DNA from: Thermoproteota archaeon
GTDB taxonomy: Archaea; Thermoproteota; Thermoprotei_A; Sulfolobales; Ignisphaeraceae
Assembly (NCBI GenBank): GCA_030550585.1
Contig: JAUQPB010000005.1
Coordinates: 1 to 64,000, forward strand
Length of the DNA stretch: 64,000 nucleotides
Direction: 5' to 3'
Shown here: one piece after another, positions 49,371 to 59,392 of the stretch
Position numbering within the stretch: position 1 is the first letter of the stretch
Layout: every line of letters starts with the position of its first letter
Made by a program: the position numbers and the translations under genes
The notes under the pieces: generated by a model
What the model was told of the DNA's origin: nothing
Databases searched by the model: none
Seen by the model: the letters and a program-made list of their open reading frames with translations, nothing else

Positions 49371-50344
49371 CCGTACCCAGCTAAAATGGGTAGGGTTACA
49401 CCTAGAGCATATGCCAATGCGGTTGATGTCCTCATGGCAAAGCCTGTTAAGGGGCCTAGCCTCACCTCCGCTACACACTTGCTTCTCAAATCAAGTGACA
49501 CATCCTCATACTCGTTTCCGAGAACAAAAGCGATTGTCTTACCCTTAAACGTTTTGACTAAGTCTATAAGCTTTTTCTCATCGTCTTTTGCATACATAGA
49601 CAAGGCTATGGCTATATCCACATCTTTGAGCACTCCATCAAGACTGTCAACAACCTCGATGTTGTCTAGGTCAATTCCCAGAATATCTAGGACTTTTCTA
49701 AGGGCTTTCTCATTTGGTTTATAGAGCCTTAGCCTAAATCCTATGGCTCTTGACAGCTGTATCAAATCCATGATCTCGTAATCTGTTTGTGGACGCTCAA
49801 TAACAGCGATAATGTTTCTTGCTATAGCAGCTGGTATACCTCCTCTCACAAAAATTCTGGTAATACCTTCATCTGCATAGCCTATAACCGAGAGCCCCTT
49901 GTCTACCCCAACAAAGATTATATTGTGGGAACTTAGATTTGGGGTTGCAAAGCCTTTTTCGGTTAGAGCTTTTACAATGAGTCTAGCAATTTCGATACTA
50001 GTCAACGGATATTTCTTATCCCATCTTCTAACCTCAATAGCAACCTCCTTGCCAGGAAAAACCGCTTTTATTGTTTCAAGAGCTTCGTCAACCAACTTCT
50101 CGATGCTTCTATCATAGACGTAGGAGCGGACTATATATGTCATTGAAATGCAGCTGATGTTTCTCAAAAAATCTATGACCTGTGGAACATGTGCATCACC
50201 AACTTTTAGAATGCCTCTCAAACCCCAGTTGTAAACAATTGAAACTTCTATACCTAGACCTTCGCTAAGCTTCTTGACCAAATAATCCATGCATCTATTC
50301 TTTGAAAAAGGTTCGAAAAGCAGAAGAATATCCATGTACAACAA
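49367..50344 (-). CDS. THUMP-SPOUT fusion, putative RNA methyltransferase
   Basis: THUMP IEVRRWDKKYPLTSIEIARLI; SPOUT knot FVLGNEYED...VRLGP...MRTSTA. Confidence 0.75.
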   Translation of the reverse strand: MLYMDILLLFEPFSKNRCMDYLVKKLSEGLGIEVSIVYNWGLRGILKVGDAHVPQVIDFLRNISCISMTYIVRSYVYDRSIEKLVDEALETIKAVFPGKEVAIEVRRWDKKYPLTSIEIARLIVKALTEKGFATPNLSSHNIIFVGVDKGLSVIGYADEGITRIFVRGGIPAAIARNIIAVIERPQTDYEIMDLIQLSRAIGFRLRLYKPNEKALRKVLDILGIDLDNIEVVDSLDGVLKDVDIAIALSMYAKDDEKKLIDLVKTFKGKTIAFVLGNEYEDVSLDLRSKCVAEVRLGPLTGFAMRTSTALAYALGVTLPILAGYG

Positions 50345-50356
50345 TCCTTTCAGAAT

Positions 50357-51376
50357 CTAGCGCGGCTTTACAACCACCCTGCCTATAACCTGGCCTCTTC
50401 TAAGCCTCTCTAAAGCCTCGTTGATTCTATCTAGAGACACAACATCGTCTACCACAATCTTTATCTTCCCCTCTGCAACGAGGTTCACAGCCTCTATAAG
50501 CTCCTGGAGAGTGTTGCCAACAGATCCTATAATAGTGGCCTCTTTAACCACTATATCTAGTGGGTTTACAGACACTGGCTCCCCTGTATATCCAATAACA
50601 ACTATTCTCCCTTTCTTGGCCAGCATTTTGATAGAGTTTGAGAATGTTTCCTTGGATCCCACAAGCTCGTATACAACATCAGCTCCTTTACCGCCAGTTA
50701 TACTCAAAACCCTTTTAACAACATCCTCTCTAGCAGCATTAACTATATAGTCTGCGCCAAGCTCTCTAGCCTTCTCTAACTTCTCATCCCTCTTGCCAAT
50801 CGCTATAACCTTTGCACCAACAAGCTTGTTGTACTGAATCAAAGCAAAACCAACGCCGCCAACACCGTAGACAACAGCATATTCTCCAACCTTTGGAGAA
50901 GCTTTTTTAGTGGCATGTATAGCTGTTGTGACGCTACATCCTATTGGAGCGGCTTGCTCAAACGGTATGTTATCGGGCAGCTTAACAACGTTTCTAGCTG
51001 GAACCTTTACATATTCGGCGAAACCGCCATCGGATATGAAGCCGTATTCAGCTTTTGGACTCTCGCACAAGTTCTCCTCACCAACTAGACAATATTTGCA
51101 CTTGCCGCATCCAACATAGTAGTAGACCACGACCCTGTCCCCAGGTCTAACATCAGAAACGCCATCGCCAACCTCTTCAACGATGCCAGCTATCTCGTGG
51201 CCAAGGGTTATTGGGTGAACACCTAGATCTAGAACCCCATCTAGAAAATGAAGTTCTGTGTGGCAAACACCGGCTGCCTCTACCCTGACAAGAACCTCTC
51301 CATATCCAGGCTTCGGCTTAGGAACATCTTCTATAACAAGCGGTTTGTGGGGCCCGTAAAACCTAGCTGCCTTCAT
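50357..51376 (-). CDS. Zinc-dependent alcohol dehydrogenase (MDR)
   Basis: GVCHTE, GHEIAG, CGKCKYC...C, GVGGVG. Confidence 0.93.
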   Translation of the reverse strand: MKAARFYGPHKPLVIEDVPKPKPGYGEVLVRVEAAGVCHTELHFLDGVLDLGVHPITLGHEIAGIVEEVGDGVSDVRPGDRVVVYYYVGCGKCKYCLVGEENLCESPKAEYGFISDGGFAEYVKVPARNVVKLPDNIPFEQAAPIGCSVTTAIHATKKASPKVGEYAVVYGVGGVGFALIQYNKLVGAKVIAIGKRDEKLEKARELGADYIVNAAREDVVKRVLSITGGKGADVVYELVGSKETFSNSIKMLAKKGRIVVIGYTGEPVSVNPLDIVVKEATIIGSVGNTLQELIEAVNLVAEGKIKIVVDDVVSLDRINEALERLRRGQVIGRVVVKPR

Positions 51377-51426
51377 ATTTCTCAGCCAAAGCTAGTGAGA
51401 GTCTAGACAAATCCAAATATAGTTTT

Positions 51427-52503
51427 CTATGTTAAAACCTCTTCAATTCTGTTCTTCTCTATCGCCAGTCTAATCTCTCTTGCAATTCTCCTTCCAGTAC
51501 TCATAGGCTCGCTCCAGTACAGATATGAGTATGGGCTTCCATTCACATATATGTTGGTTCCAGCAACAATCCTGCCCGAGAACTCGAAGACCTTTATATT
51601 CATATTGTCGTCAATTATACTCTCAAGGCAGAAGGGTCCTATTGCCCCAGGTGGCAAGCTCTTCTTAGTCTCCTCAACAAACCTAATTCCATACTCTAGA
51701 ATCTTCGGCAACAGGCTCTCTCTCAGCACTAGGGGAAGGTTGCCAACAACAACAAATGTTGGTTCTATACCCATCTCAGCAACAACATCTGGTGGCACTC
51801 TTCTTAGCCCATCAACATTTGTCTCATATCTTATGTCAGCACCTAGAATCTCAACCCTGTTTAGTATTGGGCTGTAGAAGTAGTGGTAGTAGGCTGTAAC
51901 CCCAACCAGATACTCTTGAATCATAGCCTCTTCAAATGTTTTTATAAGCCCTTGCTCAACTCTTTTTCTAAGCCCCTCCTCAACCTCTCTACTGTTTTTC
52001 GCTATAAAGTATCCCCTCCCACCCTTAGCACCAGGCAACTTAACTATAACGGGCCTATCTATTTCCTCACCAAATCTGTATACCCTAGGAATTGGTATAC
52101 CAGCTCTCTGAAGAAGACCCATTTTAGCCCATTGATCGGCCTCAACCCTAAAAAGCTTCCTCAAACCAAATATGGGCACAGCTATATTCTCTGCACAGTC
52201 AAGGCCAACATACTCTACATAACTCCCATGAGGAACTATAACAGAGTTCAAAGAAACAAGCTTCTCAACCACATCATTTCTACACAAATCTCTCCAGCTA
52301 TTCAACACAATGAAACTATCGATCAAATGTTTGAAATGCTCGTAAAACCACAGCCTATCGCTAGTAACAATGGCAACGGTCTTGAACCCCTCCATCTTTG
52401 CACCATGAAATATCTGAAGAGATGAATGGCTAGCTAGAGTCGCTATAGAAACCCTATCCAAATCGTATCTAGATACTATATCCCGAATCACGATACAGCC
52501 CAA
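51427..52503 (-). CDS. purP: PurP formate-dependent AICAR formylase (ATP-grasp)
   Basis: [40 protein letters not shown]. Confidence 0.9.
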   Translation of the reverse strand: MGCIVIRDIVSRYDLDRVSIATLASHSSLQIFHGAKMEGFKTVAIVTSDRLWFYEHFKHLIDSFIVLNSWRDLCRNDVVEKLVSLNSVIVPHGSYVEYVGLDCAENIAVPIFGLRKLFRVEADQWAKMGLLQRAGIPIPRVYRFGEEIDRPVIVKLPGAKGGRGYFIAKNSREVEEGLRKRVEQGLIKTFEEAMIQEYLVGVTAYYHYFYSPILNRVEILGADIRYETNVDGLRRVPPDVVAEMGIEPTFVVVGNLPLVLRESLLPKILEYGIRFVEETKKSLPPGAIGPFCLESIIDDNMNIKVFEFSGRIVAGTNIYVNGSPYSYLYWSEPMSTGRRIAREIRLAIEKNRIEEVLT

Positions 52504-52702
52504 TGCAAAGATACTGAGATTGTAAAAGCTATTTAAAGCTTCATATATATAGGTTGTGTAGAATGTCAGACAACAGTTAAGGGACGCAAATACGAGTCGA
52601 TAGCAACGAGCACTAGCCTAGATACCCAAGGATCCAAACATAGTCTTGATATTTGGTAATGCGAAGATTCTTTGCGAATCAACTTAATCTAATCTACTGT
52701 TT

Positions 52703-52785
52703 TGAGTATACTCATTATACCTATATTGATGTGTTAGTGCCACAAATCTTATAAACCATGTAAGAGTATACTCTTACTTGGGTGA
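52703..52785 (+). promoter_or_regulatory. TATA box flanked by two GAGTATACTC palindromes, plus SD
   Basis: TGAGTATACTCA (52703-52714); CTTATAAA (52748-52755); GTAAGAGTATACTCTTAC (52760-52777); GGTGA (52781-52785). Confidence 0.7.
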
Positions 52786-52792
52786 GTAAAAC

Positions 52793-53011
52793 ATGGTAAA
52801 AATAGGTATACTCAGATCATTAACAATATCAGTAAAGAACGTGTTTGGTAGAGACAGCAAGGTATCAGCCAATCAATATAGTGACGAAACTGAAAAGGAT
52901 ACGGCGAGTTATAGCAATAATAGGTTAAAATACCCATCAATATTATGCACTCCTACAATACCTACCATATGCTATGAGATAGGGAAAGACGGGTATATAA
53001 AACCCATATAG
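52793..53011 (+). CDS. Small hypothetical protein (72 aa)
   Basis: ATG with GGTGA 7 nt upstream, its own TATA box, and T-tracts downstream. Confidence 0.55.
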   Translation: MVKIGILRSLTISVKNVFGRDSKVSANQYSDETEKDTASYSNNRLKYPSILCTPTIPTICYEIGKDGYIKPI

Positions 53012-53068
53012 CGATTAGACAAAGCAATGTAAAACAAAATATAATTATTTTTTAATATAATTATTTTT

Positions 53069-53773
53069 TTATCTTGTTAATAGAGAAAGCATTTTTCTTG
53101 CGTTTTCAAGCATCCAATGATTGTTATTGAAGAAGACATATACTTTCTTAGGATTCAAATTCAATACGTTTTTAGCCAAGTCCTCTAATTCTTCGTCAGA
53201 GTATTCATATGCATACCACTCGGTTCTTCCATGAAGCCGTAAATAGATTATATCATTGCATGTTTCAATCCATCTGCCAATCGGAGAATCTATAGATACT
53301 AGCGTGAGGTTTAATTCTTTGGCTAACTCAACAGTATCCTTGTTGAACCAGCTCTGATCTCTAAACTCTACGGCTATTCTATGGCCTAGACCAGTGGTTT
53401 TAACGAACTTTTTGAGCCTTTCAACATTGTTTTCATTCTTTTTGAATGTTGGGGGCATTTGAAACAGGTAAAAATCTGTGTAGTTGTCGAGTGGTTTAAA
53501 CAGCTCTACAAATTTTCTCCATATTTCGTATGATTTCTCGTCTAGTCTATGAACATGGGATATACTTCTATGGACCTTGATAGACCATCTAATAGGTTTT
53601 AGAGCTGTTTTCTTCGCCCATCCAATAACCTGGTTTCTAAACGGAAATCTATAAAACGAGGCATTCAATTCAACAGCGTTTAGCCGAGAGTTTCTCAAAT
53701 ACCAATCGAATGTTCCATCCTCGTTCCAGTCATATAGCCAGCCGGAGGTTCCTACATAGACCTCTATATCCAA
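53069..53773 (-). CDS. DUF72 family protein; probable TTG start at 53773
   Basis: VGTSGW, VELNASFY, FQMPPTF, AVEFR, YLRLHG, VFFNN. Confidence 0.9.
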   Translation of the reverse strand: MDIEVYVGTSGWLYDWNEDGTFDWYLRNSRLNAVELNASFYRFPFRNQVIGWAKKTALKPIRWSIKVHRSISHVHRLDEKSYEIWRKFVELFKPLDNYTDFYLFQMPPTFKKNENNVERLKKFVKTTGLGHRIAVEFRDQSWFNKDTVELAKELNLTLVSIDSPIGRWIETCNDIIYLRLHGRTEWYAYEYSDEELEDLAKNVLNLNPKKVYVFFNNNHWMLENARKMLSLLTR

Positions 53774-53810
53774 CACCAACAAAATTGTTTTAGTGCATCC
53801 TAAAAATAAT

Positions 53811-56228
53811 TTATGTAATGCCGAACCTCTTAAACACAAATACTTTAGCAGGATCGATACCAAGTGTGAATGCGGCTGAGTAGATTAGTGCAACAACTGT
53901 TTTATCGAGGTCTATCGGAGTTATTATAATTCCTACACAACCGAGAATTGTAAACGCCACTATAACACCTATCATCGATGCTACCAGCTCTCTACCCGGT
54001 TTTGAACTCCAAAACCATTTTCTCTCCCTAACTATGAGCACTCTAAACTGGCTTGTAAAGACCATTACAAGTAGTATGAATGTCTGCATTTGTTGCATGT
54101 TGAAGTGGTAAACTGTCGACCCTATGTAAATAGCTATAAGACCTTCTATGAGTAGCAACAATCCTAGGATTGTTGAAGATAGTGCAAGTGCTCTGAATCT
54201 CCACTTACTCGGGTTTGTTGTTGGCTTTGCATTATCTGTTGCTAGAGACATTGTAGCAAAGTCGTTTGCGAAGACTAGGAGTGTCATGCCAAGCAGTGAA
54301 AGAACGTCGTATTTGAGTATTATGAACCCTATTACAAGTAGCAAAGTAAATTGGATTGTTTTTGAAACTTTGTTTATTATCCATGTTAATGCCCTCTGAT
54401 AGACTTCTCTACCAGTTAGAAGAATGTCCGCAACCCCCTCTAGACCAGGTTTTAAAAGAACTACACCTGCCGACGCTTTTGCAACGTCTGTTGCATTGGC
54501 AACAGCTATGCCGAGCTCGGCCTGCTTTAGTGCAGGTGCATCATTTACACCGTCTCCCATAACCCCTACGAAGTGGCCATTGCTTTGCAGACTTTTCACT
54601 ATAATGTATTTGTCTTCTGGATAGACCTCCGCAAATATATCAGCTTCTTCAACGAGCACTCTTCTGCTGTTCTCATCGGCTTTCTTCAATTCGTTGACTG
54701 TTACAACCTTCTCTCCAATTCCAACCATTTTAGCGACTTCTCTCGCTACAGCAACATTGTCTCCTGTGACCATCTTAGGCCTTATTCCAACGCTCTTCAT
54801 CTTTTCTACGAGTTCTCTAGAGTTTTGTCTAGGAGGGTCGAAAAGTGCTATGATACCAGCTAACCTATATTTGCCAGATCCATACTCTTTTATGGCGACA
54901 GCTAGAGATCTGTACCCTCTGTTGGCAAACTCTTCAACTGTTTTCATAGCCTCCGCAACCTCGGGGCTGTTGCCAACGAGTTCTGCTATTATTTGAGGAG
55001 CTCCTTTTGTAACGAGAAACCTCCTACCCTTTATATCTACTATAGCCTCTGTTCTCTTGGTTGATGGGTCAAATGGTCTGAATTCTACTATGCTATACCT
55101 TTTTCTGGGCAGATTCAGCTTCTTGGCAAACTCAACAATTACATTATCTATCTGATCCTTGCCCTCCTGGCTAGACGAATAAAATGCATATTCAATCACA
55201 TCCTCTTTTGTAAAACCATTCAACGGCTTGACATCTACTATAGAAAGTCTGTTCTCTGTTATCGTACCAGTCTTGTCGAGGCATATAACATCAACAGAGG
55301 CTGCATCCTCTATAGCGCTAAGCCTAGTGACAAGCACATCTCTTGATGCGAGTCTAGAGGCTCCAACAGCCTGCATAATCGTTAAAACAGTTGGCAATGC
55401 AACTGGTACAGCACCCATCAATATTGTTACAGCGAATGTGGCTATGGCTATCGGCGTGTTCTTCAACCCTGTTACAACCGCAAATACAATTGCTATAGCT
55501 ATGGCTGCTAACCCTATGTACATACTGTATCGAGTGATGACAAACATAACCTCTTGCTGATGGGACTTGGGCTGAGCTATCTTAACAAGCTCAACTGTTC
55601 TCCCAAAATATGTGCTCCTCCCAGTATTGACAACAACTGCTTTGGCTCTGCCACTTCTAACTATAGAGCCTGCGTAAACAATTCCACCAGCAGATATATC
55701 CACGGGTAGCGACTCTCCAGTAAGCATAGACTGGTCAACGGTAGCACTACCCTCGATGATCTTGCAATCGGCTGGCACAACATCGCCGATGCCGAGAGCA
55801 ATAATGTCTCCGGGAACAAGATACTTAGCGTCTATCTGAACCCATTTACCATCTCTTAGGACAACCGCCTTTAAAGCAAGCTTAGATTTCAATAGCTCTA
55901 AAACCCTCTTGCTCGACTTCTCATGATAAAAACCTATAACAGCATTGATAAACATTAAAGAGAATATGATTGAAGCCTCTATGTAGTGGCCAACAGCAAT
56001 AGATAGTACAATTGCTATTTCAAGCAGCCATGCCATGGGATTCCAAAATCTCTTCAAAAAACTCTTTACAGCACTCTCTCTTCTCTCCTCAACATAGTTA
56101 AGTCCATAGACCTTCAGTCTCCTATTAACCTCCTCAGATGACAAGCCATTCAAACTTGTTTGCAGAACATTCAGAGTGTCCTCAATACTGAGAGCCTCAT
56201 AATCTTTGGTACTTCTAATCTGTGAAAT
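53811..56228 (-). CDS. P-type H+-ATPase (type IIIA); probable ATT start at 56228
   Basis: LTGES, PVALP, DKTGT, KGAP, DPPR, TGDN, GDGVNDAPAL; the frame is open 75 nt upstream of the tracked TTG. Confidence 0.9.
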   Translation of the reverse strand: MSQIRSTKDYEALSIEDTLNVLQTSLNGLSSEEVNRRLKVYGLNYVEERRESAVKSFLKRFWNPMAWLLEIAIVLSIAVGHYIEASIIFSLMFINAVIGFYHEKSSKRVLELLKSKLALKAVVLRDGKWVQIDAKYLVPGDIIALGIGDVVPADCKIIEGSATVDQSMLTGESLPVDISAGGIVYAGSIVRSGRAKAVVVNTGRSTYFGRTVELVKIAQPKSHQQEVMFVITRYSMYIGLAAIAIAIVFAVVTGLKNTPIAIATFAVTILMGAVPVALPTVLTIMQAVGASRLASRDVLVTRLSAIEDAASVDVICLDKTGTITENRLSIVDVKPLNGFTKEDVIEYAFYSSSQEGKDQIDNVIVEFAKKLNLPRKRYSIVEFRPFDPSTKRTEAIVDIKGRRFLVTKGAPQIIAELVGNSPEVAEAMKTVEEFANRGYRSLAVAIKEYGSGKYRLAGIIALFDPPRQNSRELVEKMKSVGIRPKMVTGDNVAVAREVAKMVGIGEKVVTVNELKKADENSRRVLVEEADIFAEVYPEDKYIIVKSLQSNGHFVGVMGDGVNDAPALKQAELGIAVANATDVAKASAGVVLLKPGLEGVADILLTGREVYQRALTWIINKVSKTIQFTLLLVIGFIILKYDVLSLLGMTLLVFANDFATMSLATDNAKPTTNPSKWRFRALALSSTILGLLLLIEGLIAIYIGSTVYHFNMQQMQTFILLVMVFTSQFRVLIVRERKWFWSSKPGRELVASMIGVIVAFTILGCVGIIITPIDLDKTVVALIYSAAFTLGIDPAKVFVFKRFGIT

Positions 56229-56398
56229 AGTCCCTCACCTCATTTGCCTGTTCTTTAGAGACCGGGTTAAAAATATGGCAAAAATAATATAAGGCTATAG
56301 TGAGATTATAGTTGTATACCACGGCTAATAACTTGCGTTTGTAAAGCACCGAAAATACTGATGCCAAGCTTAGTCAAAGGGATTTCACGGTATGCACT

Positions 56399-57742
56399 TT
56401 AATCTAGTCTTGCAATGATGTAGAGCGAGGCGGCTAACGGCATCATAGATAGTGCGAAAGCTGGTATAAAGCCTTCGATGGCATCTAATATGACGAGAAT
56501 GCTGAAGATTATTGCAATGGCTATAACCGTTATGCTTTTCGATCCCTCCTCCTGTTTTGGGGTAACCTTATACGGTATTCTAACCCCGATTAGCGAGGCT
56601 ATTACATATGGTATGATAGCTATAGATGTTACTGTTGTTAGTGCCGAGGCTCTTCCAGATACATATGGCATGTCATAGCCGCCATATTCTCTGTAGAATT
56701 TATACACATTTATCGACTCTATGGCTAGAGAGGCTAGGAATAGTATTAGAAGAGTCAAATCGGCAACTGTTATCTTCGAATGCTCTACAAGTGGCGAGAT
56801 TCCGGCTAGGATGAACCCTATAGCCGATAAAACAGCTATTATTGGCTGGAGTATGTATAGCAAGGCCTCTAGCTTTACAATAGTTTTTGCCCTCGACTTT
56901 AGAATGTGTTTGCCGAACCTTTTAAGAACGTCTGTTGTTCCATAGGCCCACCTCTTCTGCTGAATTAGATAAGCCTCAACAGTTTTTGGAGCACCAACAC
57001 ACATAGGCTCTATAAGCCTTGGCATAACACCTTTCTCTAGAAGCTGTGTACCAAGCCAAATATCATCTTGTATAACATCGATTCTGTAAAGCCCTATATC
57101 AGCCAGTATATCCCTTCTAATCGCTGTGCCACTGCCGAGAGGATATATGAACAGCCCCTTCGAAAACTTGTTTTTGTAGTATAGCCAACTCCCATACTCT
57201 GTTAAGAAGGCTATTGTGCTAGAGGATCTGGTTGAGCCCTTGTCGCAGACTCTCCACCAAGAGATGCAAACATCTTTGCATTTCAGCATAGACTCTATAG
57301 CCTCTTTCGAGGGATAACCATCGACATCAATAACAGAGACTGTGCCTCCAATAGAGAATTTTATACCATCATTTATAGCCCCATTTCTACCACCAAAACC
57401 ATTAAACCTCCTCATAACAAATATAGAATCCCACATCACCATATCCTCTAAAACATCGTAGAATGCCCCGCTATCAGAGTAGTCAGCTACTACAACACAT
57501 TCAAACACCTCTCCAAGAGATTCGTGGAGTTGGTAGAAGTGCTTTGTATACTCTCTAACAATATCTTTTGGCTCATTCTTTACGGGGGTTATAATCGAGA
57601 GAAACCCCTGCCCTCTATCCCTAGACATCGGTTCGCCAATTACAAGACGTTTTGAAGGTTTTGAAAGTATTGTGTGGTATATGCTGACAATTAATAGTGA
57701 CAAGGATATCATGGCAAGCGAGATTGTAAATAACATGAGCAT
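56399..57742 (-). CDS. GT2 processive-type glycosyltransferase
   Basis: PVKNE, DVD, QDD, QQKRW (QxxRW); multiple TMs. Confidence 0.88.
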   Translation of the reverse strand: MLMLFTISLAMISLSLLIVSIYHTILSKPSKRLVIGEPMSRDRGQGFLSIITPVKNEPKDIVREYTKHFYQLHESLGEVFECVVVADYSDSGAFYDVLEDMVMWDSIFVMRRFNGFGGRNGAINDGIKFSIGGTVSVIDVDGYPSKEAIESMLKCKDVCISWWRVCDKGSTRSSSTIAFLTEYGSWLYYKNKFSKGLFIYPLGSGTAIRRDILADIGLYRIDVIQDDIWLGTQLLEKGVMPRLIEPMCVGAPKTVEAYLIQQKRWAYGTTDVLKRFGKHILKSRAKTIVKLEALLYILQPIIAVLSAIGFILAGISPLVEHSKITVADLTLLILFLASLAIESINVYKFYREYGGYDMPYVSGRASALTTVTSIAIIPYVIASLIGVRIPYKVTPKQEEGSKSITVIAIAIIFSILVILDAIEGFIPAFALSMMPLAASLYIIARLD

Positions 57743-57853
57743 TTACCCGCAGAGCCTAAACACTGTCACCACTTTGAAAGAGGGGGTCTAATAAACCTAG
57801 TATCCAATTGATCAACATCTCCATCAATTCAAGTCCACGCTTTTGGTCAAATA

Positions 57854-57898
57854 CTTATAAACTTGTGGTACTACAAGTAGGCTTGGGGTGCTACAAGC
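57854..57898 (+). promoter_or_regulatory. TATA box followed by two tandem 18-bp palindromes (putative operator)
   Basis: CTTATAA (57854-57860); ACTTGTGGTACTACAAGT (57861-57878); GCTTGGGGTGCTACAAGC (57881-57898). Confidence 0.65.
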
Positions 57899-57899
57899 A

Positions 57900-59003
57900 A
57901 TGCTATTCGATCTACAGCCAAAAACAAGTAGGAGAGATCTATACGATTTTGATAGAGAGCTTGAAGAGCTGATTAAGAGTATCGAGTTGAATCCGCTAAC
58001 AGTTGTTGTAGGCATTAGGAGATCTGGAAAGACATCTCTTCTGAGAGTTGCATTAAACGAGTGTGGCTATCCCTACATATATATAGACCCTAGATTCTAT
58101 TCAGCACCTACATACAGAGATTTTGCATATATTTTAAGGAATTCTGTTGAAGATTTTCTGAGAAGATACGGTGGTGTGTATAGGAGGATTGTAGAGATTC
58201 TAAAGAATGTTAAGGGAATTTCAATAGATTTGCCAACTCTGTCTGTAGAGGTTAGCTGGAGAAGAGGTGAGAGGATGGAGATCGGGGAGCTGTTAATAGC
58301 TCTTGATAATCTGGCTAAGGATATTAAGAAGCCAATTGTTATAGCCATTGATGAGGCTCAAGAGCTTTCTAAAATTACTTGGATGCCAATTACAAGGCTA
58401 TTCGCATATGCATATGACAATCTCAGGAATTTGAGAATTGTTTTGACAGGATCGGAGATAGGTGTTCTATTCAAGTTCCTGGGGATAGAGGACCCCAGCT
58501 CTCCTCTCTATGGAAGATACATACACGTGATTAAGACGAGGAGACTATCTAGAGAAGAGTCCATGGACTTTCTCGAAAAAGGCTTTTCCGAGTTAGGCAT
58601 AAACATCCCCCACAACATTATTGAAAGAGCTGTAGATGAACTCGACGGCATTATAGGTTGGCTAACACTGTTTGGCTATACATGCTACCTAAACCCAGGC
58701 ACCTGTGTAGAGAACATCGACAAGATTCTTGAGCAGGCTATTAAAATAGGTAGAGAAGAGCTGGAGAAGTTCCTATCAACAAGTAGAAGCACCAGATACA
58801 AAACATTGCTAAAAATCCTCACAACAGAGAGAAGGTGGAGCGAAATAAAAATGTTGTTAGAGACTGAAGAGAGCAGAACAATAAACGATAGAACCCTCTA
58901 CGAACATCTAAAAAGATTGATAGATCTATCTATAGTTGAAAAGAAAAACGATTCATACATAATATCAGACCCCATCCTGCGAAAAGCAGCCCAACTCCTC
59001 TAA
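57900..59003 (+). CDS. Archaeal ATPase (ATPase_2/MJ-type STAND) with C-terminal wHTH; probable ATG start at 57900
   Basis: MLFDLQPK, GIRRSGKTS, IDEAQ, TGSEIG, SPLYGR; paralogue of 5299-6336. Confidence 0.9.
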   Translation: MLFDLQPKTSRRDLYDFDRELEELIKSIELNPLTVVVGIRRSGKTSLLRVALNECGYPYIYIDPRFYSAPTYRDFAYILRNSVEDFLRRYGGVYRRIVEILKNVKGISIDLPTLSVEVSWRRGERMEIGELLIALDNLAKDIKKPIVIAIDEAQELSKITWMPITRLFAYAYDNLRNLRIVLTGSEIGVLFKFLGIEDPSSPLYGRYIHVIKTRRLSREESMDFLEKGFSELGINIPHNIIERAVDELDGIIGWLTLFGYTCYLNPGTCVENIDKILEQAIKIGREELEKFLSTSRSTRYKTLLKILTTERRWSEIKMLLETEESRTINDRTLYEHLKRLIDLSIVEKKNDSYIISDPILRKAAQLL

Positions 59004-59172
59004 ACAATACAATGAATATCCATAGCAATGTCGAGCTCCATATCCTACAATCATGCAATGCGCAACCAGATATTAAAATTCTGCACTGCATGCACTAGCA
59101 TTGGGAAGAGATTAGCCCATGAAACTGTTTTTATATGCTATTCTTCTACGCTATGGTGATGCTCATGCAAAG

Positions 59173-59253
59173 TTGCAGAATATGCAAAATAAAAACATGT
59201 TTAAACCTTATTAAATATTCTATGATTTGCTTATTTTGCAAAAAAACTTTTAA
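59173..59253 (+). promoter_or_regulatory. Two Lrp-like boxes upstream of a BRE/TATA-like element for paaK-iorAB
   Basis: TTGCAGAATATGCAA (59173-59187); TTGCTTATTTTGCAA (59227-59241); then AAAAACTTTTAAG. Confidence 0.55.
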
Positions 59254-59392
59254 GCTAGGGCATTGAAGTATGTAAAGGTGTCTTTAATTGTTTTGGTGTT
59301 GCCTATTGTATCAATAGAAAATGTATTTGAAAAAGAGTTTGAAAAATGTGGAAAAGAGATGGTGAAACAGCGGTTTCATAATCTCATAGAGT

